Origin: Callorhinchus milii
Lineage: Eukaryota
Reading direction: 5' to 3'
NCBI RefSeq assembly: GCF_018977255.1
Contig: NW_024704742.1
Span: 125,304,001-125,368,000, forward strand
Length of the DNA stretch: 64,000 nt
Part shown: positions 46,956-60,095 of the stretch, one piece after another
Layout: each line of letters begins with the position of its first letter
Position numbering within the stretch: the first letter of the stretch is position 1
The notes under the pieces: model-generated
Told to the model about the DNA's origin: nothing
Seen by the model: only the letters and a program-made list of their open reading frames with translations
Database searches by the model: none
Position numbers and translations under genes: made by a program

Positions 46956-47284
46956 GGAGTCCTGTAGCTCAGTGGTTAGAGCACTCGCTTTGCAAGTGAG
47001 AGACCTGAGTTCAATTCCAGGCAGGGCGAAACCTTGGGCAAGTTTCCTTACTCCACACGCCTAATAATAATCCCTCCAAAACCAAAAACAATAATTAAAT
47101 TGGTCATTTTCAATCTACGACTGTTTGTGGGACTTTGCTATGCACAATTGGCTGCCGCGTTCGCCCACAAATATACAGTCAATTCACTTTACAGTGTGTT
47201 CTGTGAAGCGCTTTGGGACGTCCTCCTGACGTGAAAAGCGCTATATCAAATGCAAGGATTATTATTATTATTATTATTATTATT
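46956..47284 (+). mobile_element. tRNA(Ala)-like SINE, short young subfamily, full length
   Basis: GGAGTCCTGTAGCTCAGTGGTTAGAGCACTCGCTTTGCAAG..GTTCAATTCC head, hairpin tail, (TTA)n; possible ATTGTG target duplication. Confidence 0.93.
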
Positions 47285-47539
47285 GTGTGCCCTCCCTGAA
47301 ATTACACATCTTACCTTTGGGTGCAAGGCAAGCACACCAGTTATCATTTAAACCATGAATTCCTATGAAGCTAAACCTATATGTTAAAACCTAATTCTAC
47401 ATGTCTTTGAAACATAGAAGTTTACTGCACATGACCGAAGGCGCCTTTGAAACATAAAAGTTTTCAGCCCTTGTCCCTGAATTTATGTCTATTCCTTTGT
47501 GAAAAGCTTTTCAAAAATTCATTTTGTGAAATTCATTTT

Positions 47540-47620
47540 AACTGTACAGCGCCTTGGGACGTCCTCCTGACGTGAAAGGCGCTCAATAAATGGAATCTTG
47601 TTGTTGTTGTTGTTGTTGTT
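47540..47620 (+). mobile_element. L2 extreme 3' tail
   Basis: CAGCGCCTTGGGACGTCCTCCTGACGTGAAAGGCGCTC..(TTG)n, nearly identical to 4477-4548. Confidence 0.85.
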
Positions 47621-48477
47621 TGTGTACTTCTGAAACAAAACCTGACCAAAACTTGGTAAAACCTAGTTCCTTGGGATTTTATACACATACATAGACAACA
47701 TTAATTTGGGAAAACGCACTTGTGCAAATTTTTATACAATTAATGCAAAATCTCAAATGATTTCCTTTCCTACTTATATAAGACCTACAAAGTCACTACA
47801 CGTTACAACAAATCTTGATGCCCTTTCAACTTGAAAGGCACTTTATCAAATGTAAACATTATCATTCTCTAATCTTTCTTTTTGATTCTTTTTAAATATA
47901 AAAGTAACTTTCATGTAAAATTACCTTTGTTCAATTAATGGTAATATCTCCAATATTCGCTTTATCATCATAAAGTGACTCATATTCAGTGGCTTATGAG
48001 AAATGAAATATAATGCCATTTACTGATACTATGTATTGCTCTGTTAATGTGAACAAACTCTATGGATAAATATGGAAACCCCTTAAACCATGCGTAACAA
48101 TTAGACTGTCACATTAAATAACTTATAATACATGGAACAATTACACTGTCACATGGAAATAATCCCATTCGAACCTCATTTTCTGTAGACTTGACTTGTG
48201 TGTTAACTGGATTGGTTTGCGAAAAAGATTGTAGAGGAAAGTGTTGTCTGTCACCACATTCTTTCTATAATAGGGAGTCAAGACATGTCCAAAATGCTTC
48301 CTTCCTCAGTGAAAGAAAAAAAATCTTGCAATACAGTAACTTGCAATAAATCTCTTGTGCCGAGGGGTCAATTCAAAAGTTCCTGAAATGGAAAAAAAAC
48401 ATGGTTTGCATTATTGTGCCTTCTCAATTGCCTTAACATTTTCAGAAATTCTTCCTGTACATATGGTCGGGAGAACC

Positions 48478-49612
48478 TGTGTGGCTTAGCATGTGGATCG
48501 TTCCGGAAGAGGAGGAGGTAGTGGGTGGTGGAAAAAAGGATTTTAGGGTTGTGTTTAGCCTCCAAGATGATGTTGGAGTAGAAGGCCGTTTTTGCGCATG
48601 TCAAAGAACCGTGGTAGCTGTGGAGATGCTCGAGCCACAGTTGGCGGTGGACTGTCAGGCCAGTTTTCCGCCATCTGTGCTCAAGCTGACGGGTTTGGGT
48701 CTTTTGGCGGCGGAGATGGTTGTTGTACCAGGGAGATTGGGTGGGTTTAGAGATGGTCCTGGATTTCAGGGGAACGAGGGAGTTGAAGGTGGAGGAAACG
48801 CGATCATGGAGCAGCTGGATGGCTGCTTCAGGATCTTCGCGGGTGGAAGGCCGGAGGGATAGGATATTTGATGATGAGAAGGCCTTTGTGAGAGTCTCAG
48901 GGGGTAGACTTTTCCAAGGGCGGTAGAGAATGGTTGCGGGCTTGGTGGAAGAGAGAGGGATGTGAGAGGAGAAGGAGATGAAAAAGTGGTCTGAGATGGC
49001 CTTATCTACTATGGGAAAGGGGTCATTGGGGGAGAGCCAGGGTTCGGTGAGCCCAAGAATATCAAGGTGCTCATCCAGGATGAGGCTGTGGATGGTGAGG
49101 GCTTTATTTGTGAGGGAACGGACATTTTGTAGGGAAATGCGAGTGGGTTTGCTAGAGGAGGTGGGAGGGAGGGGAGAGTGATGCGAGAGGATTTTTGGGT
49201 GTACAGGAGAGATGGTTGTGGAGAGTGATGTGAGTGGACAGTTGGAGAGGGTACGTATGAGGGAGAAGTTGGGTTTGCCTTAAGGAGGCAGCTTGAGCGG
49301 AGTGAGTGAGTGATGGGACACGTGGGGTTGCTGTTCTGGGACAGCCAGTGCCGGGAGCCATGATGGGCCGGCGGAGGATGCCCAGGCTGGAGCAGAGGGA
49401 AGTGGTGATGGGGTCGAGGAGAGAGAGAAGGTGGGGAGGGCGGTGGGAGAAAAGGACAGAGGGGGAGTAGAGGATAGAGGTGGGTGCGAGGACAGACAAA
49501 GAGTGGGGTGGGAGTAGAGACATTTAGAGTGAAGAGGGAGGGGGAGGCTCGGGTCGGGGCGGCAGCCAAAACGCGCACGCAGAGAACAGGAGTGAGCAAT
49601 CAGCGGGACGGC
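48478..49612 (-). mobile_element. L2 LINE 5' portion with internally deleted APE endonuclease
   Basis: Minus strand encodes SLQNVRSLTNKALTIHSLILDEHLDILGLTEPWL (~49034-49135) and AISDHFF (~48980-49000), then IILEAK..LF, which overlaps the start of the 57873 copy. Confidence 0.85.
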
Positions 49613-49671
49613 ATCAGTGTTGTCCAGGGAGATTGGGTGGGTTTGGAGATGGTCCTGGATTTCAGGGGGAC

Positions 49672-50000
49672 GAGTCCTGTAGTTCAGTGGTTAGAGCACT
49701 TGCTTTGCAAGCGAGAGACCTGAGTTTAATTCCAGGCAGGACGAAACCTTGGGCAAGTTTCCTTACTCCACACGCCTAATAATAATCCCTCCAAAACAAA
49801 AAACAATAATAAATTGGTCATTTTCAATCTACGACTGTTTGTGGGACATTGCTATGCGCAATTGGCTGCTGCGTTCGCCCACAAATATACAGTCAATTCA
49901 CTTTACAGTATATTCTGTGAAGCGCTTTGGGATGTCTAGAAGACGTGAAAAGCGCTATATCAAATGCAAGGATTATTATTATTATTATTATTATTATTAT
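49672..50000 (+). mobile_element. tRNA-derived SINE, short young subfamily
   Basis: Near-identical to 46956-47284; (TTA)n tail. Confidence 0.92.
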
Positions 50001-50254
50001 CAGCCCTCAGGCACAGTCTCCCAGGTCATGGCCGGGATGGCAGTGCCAAGGGTCAGGCCATTGCTGTTGTTGTTGCTGTTTTTTTTAAAAAAAATTTTTT
50101 TTAAATGTAACGTCTTTCAGAAAAATAGCTGTTGGATATTCACACGGCTATATGATCAAAAATTGTCATGCAATATTGCAGCTATTTTCCAGGATTTCAG
50201 TTATTTTCCAGGATTTTATTTAGTTCAAATAATATAAAGTATGGCACTTTTTGA

Positions 50255-50452
50255 AAAGAGACGCGAGTTTCTCCCGACAACCTGGTAAACAATCCTCCAG
50301 GTAAAACAATGTGGGCCATTGCTGTGTATAAATTGGCTGCTGCATTAGACTACAAAATATACAGTCACTACACTCTACAGTACATCCTGTTAAGCACTTT
50401 GAGATGTTTCAGCCACATGATAAGGCATTACATCAAATGTAAGGAATTATTA
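50255..50452 (+). mobile_element. Deu-type SINE 3' fragment
   Basis: TGTGGGCCATTGCTGTGTATAAATTGGCTGC..CAGTCACTACAC..ATCAAATGTAAGG. Confidence 0.65.
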
Positions 50453-50604
50453 CTGGTATTAGTAATACAAATACAGCTTTGAAATAGTTATAATACCTCA
50501 ACTCTTTAGGCAAATATGATGAGATGTCTTCAGCCTCACATTCTCCAAGAAGATGGCTTCATACACCCTCCTATAATCATTATTACTGCTCGACATTCAT
50601 TTTT

Positions 50605-50665
50605 TTTCATAGAATGTTACGGCACAGAAGGAGGCCATTCGGCCCATCGAATCTGTGCCGGCTCA
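50605..50665 (-). mobile_element. CR1-type LINE 3' end
   Basis: CATAGAA..ACAGAAGGAGGCCATTCGGCCCATCG is the reverse complement of a shark CR1-type terminus. Confidence 0.6.
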
Positions 50666-53600
50666 TTGACAGAGCAAGTCACTTTCACTTTCACTCACTA
50701 ACATCCAGCAGTATTTTTGATTGTCACTCAGCGTGATAGGGGACGTACAGCTCAGTTATGTTTGGAACACAGTCACCAACAGAGAAAAACAGTGCAAGGT
50801 AAAAGAGATCATCAGGTGGAAAACATGGTCAAAACATGGACTTTCAGAATGGCTGGGCACAGTGTCTCAAAGTCACGATGAAGAGCCAGAAAGTTTGTGA
50901 GATCCCAGGTACTATCAGAGTTTGTATTCATATTGAAAATCAAGATGAACAGGCAGATGAGATCGGGACAGACATTTTTGAACGCTGATGTTGAGAGTTC
51001 TCATTCCATATCAGGAAAAGGTAAAATAGAGAGTAACACTTTAAATGAACACAAACTATTTCTGTATTTCAGTGGGAGCTGTGACTGAGGTTCCGGCATT
51101 ACAGTCTTGCGATAAAGAATGACCTAGCAACTAGCACCTAGCATCTATCCTCCAGTCAATGAGTCTCAAGGAAATAGGAGGATGAAAAATGGAAAGGAGA
51201 AAACATATTTTTTGAAACATCTGTCCGATCTTCATCTTGAATCTGTAAAATTATAGCAGACTGGTTTAATTTCAAAGCAACAACATCATTGCATTCAATC
51301 GAAGGCAGGTTGCTCCTGTTGGAAGAGGTGAGGATAAGAATCACTGATGGACTTTACAAAGTCAATACCGAAGACTTAAATCCTGATTAATTTTTAAAAA
51401 ATGGAAGTGCCATCTGCCAGAATTGAATGCTTACTGGGCATTGCATTTTATTTTGTACCACTCTATGTGGAGTATTACCGGTTCCACCTGCTTTTATAGA
51501 ACGTTTTTCTCAGCCAACTGCAATTACGTATATTTCTCTGATACCACTTTGTTACCTCTATTTGGTCAGGAAGGAGTGCGGAAAGCTGACAATCACTGAC
51601 AGGAGTTTTACAGAAGACACTAGATATAGCTGTGTTGATGTCAGAGGGCAATGGTGTTCAGCCCTGTTACACCTTCACATGATTCACTTAAGACTATTAA
51701 GAATGCACTTTAGCCAGTCACTTTCAAGATTCTGTCTCCAGGGTGTAGTTGTATTACATCCCTAGTCCAGTCTTCAGCATGACTGTCTACAGTGTAGTCA
51801 TAAAACAGTTTCCAGTCGTGCTTTCAGCAGAGTGGATGGCTGAGATAATATCATGTACTTTGAATCATGCCTAGGGCACACAAAGAACCCCTAGTGTATG
51901 ATTTGTGTGTTTTTAACACTGCTTTGTGACTTTTGAGATAATGGTGGCTCAGTGAAAGCTGACCTTTGAAACCTTTGAATGGTAGATACTGGATTATAAT
52001 TTACTAAATTAATATTATTGATTTATTAGTAAGAAAATCCACTGCATAAAAGTAGCTTCTGCAGATAATATTGGATTTAGTCTGTAGAGAGACATTATCT
52101 TAGCGCACATACATTTATCATGGTCCCATGTTCCTTGCATTTCTCAGTAAGAAGACAAAATGGGTTCTAAATTGTCCTCAGTCGAGTAATCATTGTTTCA
52201 CTGTTAGGCAAAATGATTTTTCACATCTTGATTTATCGTACATGAATAAACTACTAAATTGCAGTTTGAACATCATCATGTGTTTTAATCTGATTTCTTT
52301 TTCCAATCTTATTTATAATCTTATGTGTTAATCTTCTGGAAAAGCAAACTAATTCCATTGAGAGTGGCTATGTAATTCTCCTGTGCCACTGTCTCTTTGT
52401 CTTTATCATGTGACATATATCTCACAGATTTCATCCAAACCGATTTGATTTGCTTGGCCTGTCAGATGATGTGATGCATCTGAAGAGTTTCATCAGAAAT
52501 GTTCTTATATTTTGCCAATTCTTTTGATTTCAGAAAATTTGGTGCATTATTTAGGCTCATGAAGAGACACTTGGAACTATTTCTTTACAGAAGGTAATTG
52601 ATGGCTGGAACGTATTACTAGGTAAGTGGTCAAGACCAGGACTGATTTAACACACAGCTTGACGAAGTAATGGGAAGATAGTAAGATAGGTATTGTGGAC
52701 AAACTTCCATCTGTCAATTGACAACAAAGTTATTGTAGGGCTCTTATGCCTACTTAGTTGCAACCATCTAAAACCTGGACGTAGAGATCTCTGTGACAAG
52801 AAAAAACTGCTGGCTTCAGTAAACACTTAATGGTGTGGATTTGACTAAAATGATTATCAGTTACATCCCTTGTGCATGGGACTTTTGTTACTTTGTGTGT
52901 ATGATGACATATTACAACTTATCTCACACCGAAAAGTTTCCTCAGAGGGTGCTTGGAATAATTCTGTGAGATAGAACACAAGGGTTGTACTGTAGTTGAT
53001 TTTAGATACAGATAAAGTAATACTCACCATATACACCCTCTGTAACTCAACCCCTATGACATACATTTTCAATAGATTCACAGGTTGCTTTTCAGAAGGT
53101 TCCTCATGACTCTATCTGTACACTCTTTGTCTCAATTATTATCGTGGACCCACAATGTCAATCATCCATACAGTCTGCGCTTCATGGTTTCTTCCTCTTC
53201 CTCTCTTCCAGCACAATGAAATCAGTTTGGGCAGCTGCTCCCATTGTATTTCCGCCTCAAATGTCCCAGGCCACCCTCTGTATCCTCTTGGGACTCCTTC
53301 ACCCTTATGGTCTTAAATAGCACCATCAATAATGCTAATGTAGTAGAATGTTGCACTTTACTGTAGTTAATTGCCTGTATCATGCACTAAATTGTCTTAA
53401 TTTGGCTCACTTGTTGATGCTGCTATTTCCTTCTGTTTTGAGGGGTGGATTATTGTGAGTAATGGTAATTCATCATTAACTTCAGCAATTACTCTGCAAT
53501 TTCCCCCAACACCCATGCATTACATTCAGTGCCATGTAGAATATTTGTCCCCAACACCAGGGTTAGGTTATGAATTCATGCCCACTGGGAACACGGTTGA

Positions 53601-55049
53601 GATTCTATCAGCTGATTTCACCAATGATCCTTCAAGGCTATCACAAGAAGTGAACTTTAGAACGGTGATCACGGTTCACGCTCAGTTCTCTGGAGGTGAA
53701 ATGCCGTCACTGTACTTATTTCATGTAGGCACAGCAATCTGATTCCAGAAATGTGTTCAATGAATAGAACAAGATAAAATTCTTGGACGAAGACTTAATG
53801 TTCACACAGGTCAAGCAAGAACATTCTCACATTCTCACATACAAAACAGTTAAGTATCCAACAGTTGGATAGTTTTATTAAAAGATTCTTGACCGCATTT
53901 TGCAATGTGGCATCAAATATTTTATTCCTTGTTTTAGCAGTAAACAGGCACTTTACTACAGTACACTTAATTATGCACTACAGCGGATCCTACTTATCAG
54001 TTTCTATTGTACAAGACACTTATGCTACACTTTTATTGTCACTTGTGCTCTCTGAAGCGCTTTGCTTCAGATTCCTGTTCATCCGTTATTTAATAATACA
54101 ACTTACATTGTCAAATCCTGCCTATTGTCACTATTTTTTTACACGCAAGATGTAGATGCACACATACACTTTATTATAATTTTCTTGTCACACCAGTCAG
54201 ATGCAAGTCTTTGGAGCTCCCACTGAATTGGCAATGTCATAAAATGGTACACAAAACTTCACTGCAAAATGTTACTGATTTTGGTGAATTTATTGTAAAA
54301 GCAGATTATTCTGCGAGTAATGTTCTCCCTTACTAGAGCTCTGTTACTGTACATAATGCACAATAGACACAGTGTATTTCAGTATTTAACTCTCAAAGTG
54401 TCTGATATCCAAGAGTGAGCCACATGGCAACTTCCCTACAGTTAACATGTCACAATAATGATATCAACCCCCTCTCTCTTTCACCAACACACCCACCCAC
54501 TCTCTGCCTCCTGCTGACTTTTGTTTCCCCAAACACACTCCACTTGTCTTTAACTTCTTCACCTAGGTTTCAACAAAATAAAATCCAAAACAAAGCCTTA
54601 ACAACAACATGTTTCAGGGCCATGATACATTCTGAGGTTGAGACGATGCTTATAAATTTACACAAGGTCCACTGCCTTGATTTCCTTGCGATATCTTGAT
54701 GTAAATTAAAATTATCACTGCTCTTTAATACACTCCTGAGCTCCTGAGTATCGATAGTCAAGAAGTTTAAGACTTATTCTTATTTTCCTGGTTGATTAAA
54801 TTCATTGTAACAAATATCCACTGTATACATGAACGTGTATATTAAGAATTTCAATGGAACTTTGTATTTGAAGTGAGTTTGGCTTTTGCCCTTTCACTTT
54901 TGCTCCCCAAATTTGAATCTTAACCAGACTGAAAATGGGTCAGTTTATTTTTTTGGTCAGTGGGGTGTCTGATACATGTGGAAAAGCATCACAATGCTTA
55001 AGAGCATGCAAACCAGATTGAGAATTGTACATATATGTGCCACCTACTC

Positions 55050-55325
55050 ATGGAAAGTGCCATCCTTTTAGTATGATGTTAAACCAAAGTCCCATCTGTC
55101 TATCCTCAAGTGTATGTGAAAGATCCAACAAAATAATTCAGAAATTTGTGAGTTTCCCGGAATGTCCTGGATGACAATCCAACTGATAAATTGGGCATTC
55201 ACTCCATGGTTGTTGTATTTTGCTGTGCACACAATTGCTGCTGCATTTGCCTGTAAGAACAATCATTATACTTGACAATATTTACCATTGAATTTTGGAG
55301 ACTTTTGATGTAAGAAGGCATGACA
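55050..55325 (+). mobile_element. Deu-type SINE, decayed
   Basis: GTGCCATCCTTT..GATGTTAAACCAAAG..GTGAAAGATCC..TTGCTGTGCACACAATTGCTGCTGC. Confidence 0.6.
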
Positions 55326-56479
55326 AAATTACAATTTCTTTCTTCTTTCTGATCAATTAGGCTCTTTAAAACTAAAATAGGAATAGTGGGAAAGCGATTA
55401 AGATAGAACTCAGCTAGTGTTGAGTCATAACTAGTCTCACAATATTCATGATATTCATTTGAACACTGATGTGAACACACCTCTTATCGTTGCCCTGACA
55501 TCTATTAATTAATTGACTAATTTGCAAACTACAGGGTCCTTCTTAGCTGAGAAGCAACTCAATTAATTGAAAGAGGTACTTTACCTTGGAGCCTTGTATT
55601 AAGGTCAAAATGAAACTCACACAACACATTCTAAATAACACCAAGCGAACAAAATAATCACTCAAGCTAATATGAGAACATTTGTGTTTTTAAATAACTA
55701 TTTAAGCTAAATTTGTTAAATGATGACAAGAATAGGTTTTGGTTTAATTTTTGGTGAGTTAGTGAATTCCACACTATGGAGTGGAAGGGCACAGGGTCAA
55801 ACTTGCAACTCCCCATAGGATGTACTCCTGATCTTGGGGTGATACTAGGGACAGTATCAAGTAGAGGTCAAGTGCTTTTCTACAGAGAGCAAAGGGGGAA
55901 ATCATAAGGTGAGGCAATTAGGGCATGAGTTTTGCTGAAATGTGCAAAACCGCTGTTGCTGAATGCAGCAAAATATTTCAAATCTTCAATGCCATCTACC
56001 TAGTGAGGATTCAAACTCACTCTTGTCAGATGTCAAATGACCAACTAGTAATTGTCCTCATGGGGTGGGGGGAGAAGGGGCAGGGTGTAAGCAGGATCTC
56101 CTTGGAGCTGAATAGGCTCCTATGTGACATACCAGCCAACAGAATGTTGGAATCGAGCCTACTCAGTGTGGTGGCCTCTGTAATTCAGTTCCTGAGCCAA
56201 GTGGGATTGCAGTACTCCAGGGCACTGCTGATGACAGCACAGTCAGCCTAGCTCACCAGCAGGACTTGGAAACACAGAACTGTCACTGGGGGCAGGGACT
56301 CTTCCCTCTCAGCTCCCATTAATCTTTTTTGTTTTGTTTGGATACTGAAGCATGGTGATGGGTTTCCACTTGTGCCAGACACATAGCTGACCAAAAAAAC
56401 AGAGAAATAAGTTTTTCTTGCTGTCCTGGCCAACAATCCCCCAAATAATATTGGTCTTTCACTTTGTAGCTGATGTTTG

Positions 56480-56770
56480 ATAGCCTCAAAATCCTCCTCT
56501 TCGATTATGCCATTGGTTACCCCCCTTCCCCTTCCTCCCTTCTCCCCTCCTGACCTCGGATCTGAAATGTTGTACACTGTCCAGTGCCTTGGGACGTCCT
56601 CCCGTGAAAGGAGCTATACAAATGTAATCTTGTTGTTGTTGATGTGGGACATTCCCATATGCAAATTGGCTGCCGTGTTAAACTACAAAACACATGCACT
56701 TTACAATATATACTGTGAAGCGCTCCTCCCAATGTGAAATGTGTTATATCATACGTAAGGATTATTATTC
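56480..56770 (+). mobile_element. L2 3' tail followed directly by a SINE 3' fragment
   Basis: CAGTGCCTTGGGACGTCCTCCCGTGAAAGG..(TTG)n, then GTGGGACATT..AATTGGCTGCC..AAGGATTATT. Confidence 0.7.
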
Positions 56771-57559
56771 TATGTAGCATTCACAATTATTTGTCAGATA
56801 GGATCTCAGATTAGATTGGATGGCCAAATGACATTTTCTTTCTCATTCCATCATTTCTTATGTTTATGACTACTGTTCTTTCTCTAAATTATTAGAAGCA
56901 AAGTTCAATATTGTATTTCAGATAGCTAAAATTTCTATTCTCCTGTGGTTTTACAGATTATTTCAGAGTTAATTGATGTCACTGCTCAACATATTTGAAT
57001 ACTTTGTTAGTAGTGTCAACAGCTCTCCAGATATTTGGAGAGGAAAGCAGAAGAATGAATATGAAAATTAAACCGAAAATAAAAATAGACATAAACTCAG
57101 CGTTCTGCATGAGAATCTATTCTGAACATTTTGTTCAAAAATTGGAATCCCATTATGCTTTTCATATCCTAGAAACAATATTTAATAGGATCAAGATTGG
57201 AATAAAATGAGCTTCCATGACAACATTTCATATAAACATAGTTCTTGGAAAATGTTTTTATGTACTATTTTTATTAACTAATGTGCTTAAGGTAACAGGA
57301 AAGGTAAATATAGAAAGTATGGTTTCATGTCACGAAAACACGTCGTTTCGAGTTTCCATACACTTGCTAACAAATTCTCTCTGCCAATTTTCCAGAAAGT
57401 ACATTTATGTGTACCTCATCATTATATATTTTCAAACATTTCCTTTAATATTGCTTAAAATAAACCTCACAGATTTCTATTTCTGGAGTTTGAGAACTAT
57501 GCCAGAAGTGACATAAACATTAACTTAAATCGTTCTGGGAATAACTTAATACTTATACC

Positions 57560-57660
57560 ACATTAGCTGAAGTTAGAGCAATCACCTCACAAGTGAGAGG
57601 ACCCAGGTTCGATTCCTGGATAGGGCAAAACCGTAGGCAGCTTTCCTTACTCCGCAAGTG
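57560..57660 (-). mobile_element. SINE tRNA head fragment on + strand reading (orientation uncertain)
   Basis: TAGCTGAAGTTAGAGCA..GGTTCGATTCCTGGATAGGGCAAAACC..TTTCCTTACTCC matches the SINE head; no tail follows. Confidence 0.55.
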
Positions 57661-57872
57661 CTCCAAAGCAGTGACCCAATGAGTCATAAGGTCCTGGCAT
57701 AATTTCCTTATACAGTACTGAAGGCAAGAATAAAGAACAAAGCCCATCTACTGAGTTAATTTTTAACTCGTTACTATAGCCTATGCAAAATCTATAATTT
57801 TGCTATATTCAATTGTATTCAAATATAAGAAGCAGAATGTCAGGTAGATGTGAAATATTAATTCATGCATAT

Positions 57873-59763
57873 TTAGGAATCATCTTGGAAGCTAAGGACA
57901 ACCATGGACTCATCTTTTATACCATAAACCAACTCCTCCGTCCACCCTCCCATGGCTCTGTCATGTTCTCCTCCAACACCAAATGCAAGGAGATGATGGA
58001 TTTCCTCGAGTTCAAAGTTGAGGGAATCCGCTCTGCCGCTTCTAGCCCCCACCTCCCGTTCCCCTTCCTGCTTCCCTTCCAGCACCCCCAACCCCCCCTC
58101 CACACTTTTGACCTTGTCTCCCCCTCTTTGCTCACCCCCATCATTTCCTGTACCAAACCCACCATCTGCTCCCTTGACCCCATTCCTACTACTCTCCTCA
58201 CCTCCCAGCTCCACCTCCTTGCCCCCCTACTAACAGGCTTTGTTAACCTTTCCCTGTCAATTGGCACCATACCCATCCCCCTAAAGACAGCCATCATCAC
58301 CCCTACCCTCAAAACATCTGCCCTTGACCCACTTTTGCTTTCCAACTACCGCCCCATTTCAAACCTTTCTTTTCTATTAAAGGTCATGGAGCAAGTCATC
58401 GGTTCCCATCTTCGCTCTTTCCTCTCCCAGCATTCCCTCCAAGAACCCCTCCATTCTGGGTTTCATACTGCTCATGGCACAGAGACAGCTCCGGTCAAAG
58501 TGATAAATGACATTCTGTAAACCTGCTACCAGGGCTTTCTCTGTCTCTCGTCCTTCTCAACCTCTTGGCCACTTTCGATACTGTTGACCAATCTATTCTT
58601 CTCCACCGCCTCTCGTCTCACCTCCACCTCAATAGTTTTGTTCTTGCCTGGTTCCAATCCTACCTTTGCCACCATCTGTACTTAATGGCCATCAACAGCT
58701 TCTCCTCTAGACCCCGCACTGTCACAAGTGGCGTCCCTCAGGGCTCTGTCCTGGGACCCCTCCTCTTCAATCTATACACGCTCCTGCTTGGGGATGTCAT
58801 CCGCAGGCATGAGGTCAATTTCCACATGTATGCGGATGACACTCAACTCTATCTCACCGCCTCCAACCTCGACTCCAGGTCCATTGATGTCCTTGATAAT
58901 TGTCTGTCTGACATCAATATCCTGAACGAGAGCCAACTTCCTGCAGCTCAATGTTGGCAAGACGACGGCCCTCTTGCTTTGCTCCCAGCATCGCCTCATC
59001 ATCTCAGCCACTGACACTATCACCATTCTTGGCTGCACTCTTCACCTGACTGAGCCAATCCAAAACCTCTGTGTCCTTTTCGACCCTCAGTTATCCTTCA
59101 AAGCCCACATTCATGTCGTGACCTGTTCCACCTTTCCACACCTTCGCAACATTGCCCGCCTTCGCCACTGCCTCCCATCGCAGACCCTGATCCATGCTTT
59201 CATTAGGTCCTGGCTTGACTACGCCAACTGCTTACTCACTGGACTTCCCACCTCTTTTCTCCACAAACTGCAGATTATTCAGCTCGTATCCTCTGCCGCA
59301 CCAGGCTTCGGGAACCTATCATCCCCATTCTTGCCCGGCTTCACTGGCTCCGTATTTCTCAGAGAATCGAGTACAAAACCTTCATTCTTGTCTTCAAGGC
59401 TCTCCATAGTCTTACTCCCCACCACCTATCCGACCTTATAACTCCATATCAGCCTGTCCGCTCCCTCCGCTTGGCGGACACCGGCCTGCTTCAGGTCCCC
59501 CACACTTCCCTCCTCATCATTGGTAGTCGGGCATTCAGCATCTCTGCCCTCACACTCTGAAACTCTATCCCGCAATTCCTCCACCTCACCCCCTCTCTTT
59601 GCCTCCTTCAAGTTGTAGCTGAATATCTTCCTCTTTGACCGTGCCTTCAACTTACCTACCACCCCCAACTCCCAGCTCGGGTCCAAAGCCCCTGATTGTC
59701 CAGAGCCCTGGGACATCTTGCCCACATAAAAGGCGTTATACAAGTGTAATTTGTTGTTGTTGT
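57873..59763 (+). mobile_element. L2 LINE ORF2 (RT) remnant, longest copy in the window
   Basis: LDPIP, NYRPISNLSF, GFHTAHGTETA, FDTVD, SGVPQGSVLGPLLF, YADDTQLY (58829-58852); stops and frameshifts; (TTG)n tail. Confidence 0.93.
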
Positions 59764-59984
59764 AGGAGTAGTTATCCTTAAATATTCCCTCTGGACATGT
59801 GTTTTGTGAATGCAGATAAACAAGGTTGCAAGATAAGAGAAGTTTGGATGAAAAAGCCCTTTCAATCCATTTGATCTCATTCTTCCAGAATACCAGCCCT
59901 ACCATCTTCCTATTACATCAAGCATCAAGCTGTTTCTCAAATAAGTGTAATATCTCATATAATTCTGATGTTCTCTTTCTTGTC

Positions 59985-60095
59985 AGATAAGGGTATCAAG
60001 GGATGGGGCAAAAGTGTGTATTTGGAGTTGAGGTACAGATCAGCCACAATCTAATAGAATGGCGGAACAGGCTTGAAATGCTGAATGGGACACCT
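59985..60095 (+). mobile_element. CR1-type LINE 3' end
   Basis: AAGGGTATCAAGGGATGGGGCAAAAG..TACAGATCAGCCACAATCTAATAGAATGGCGGAACAGGC. Confidence 0.65.

Noticed and set aside
46956..47030. tRNA-Ala gene
   Set aside because: Has A and B boxes but no proper acceptor stem or T-run terminator; it continues into a multicopy SINE body.
49749..50237. Recurring MGKFPYST... ORFs (also 2624 and 47034) as a small gene family
   Set aside because: They are translations of the same SINE, starting at non-ATG codons.
53100..53330. Penelope-like retroelement remnant (also ~4690-4755)
   Set aside because: Only a faint resemblance; too decayed to support without a search.
57813..59441. Functional reverse transcriptase or retron-like system
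   Set aside because: L2 ORF2 broken by stops and frameshifts; an ordinary dead LINE.
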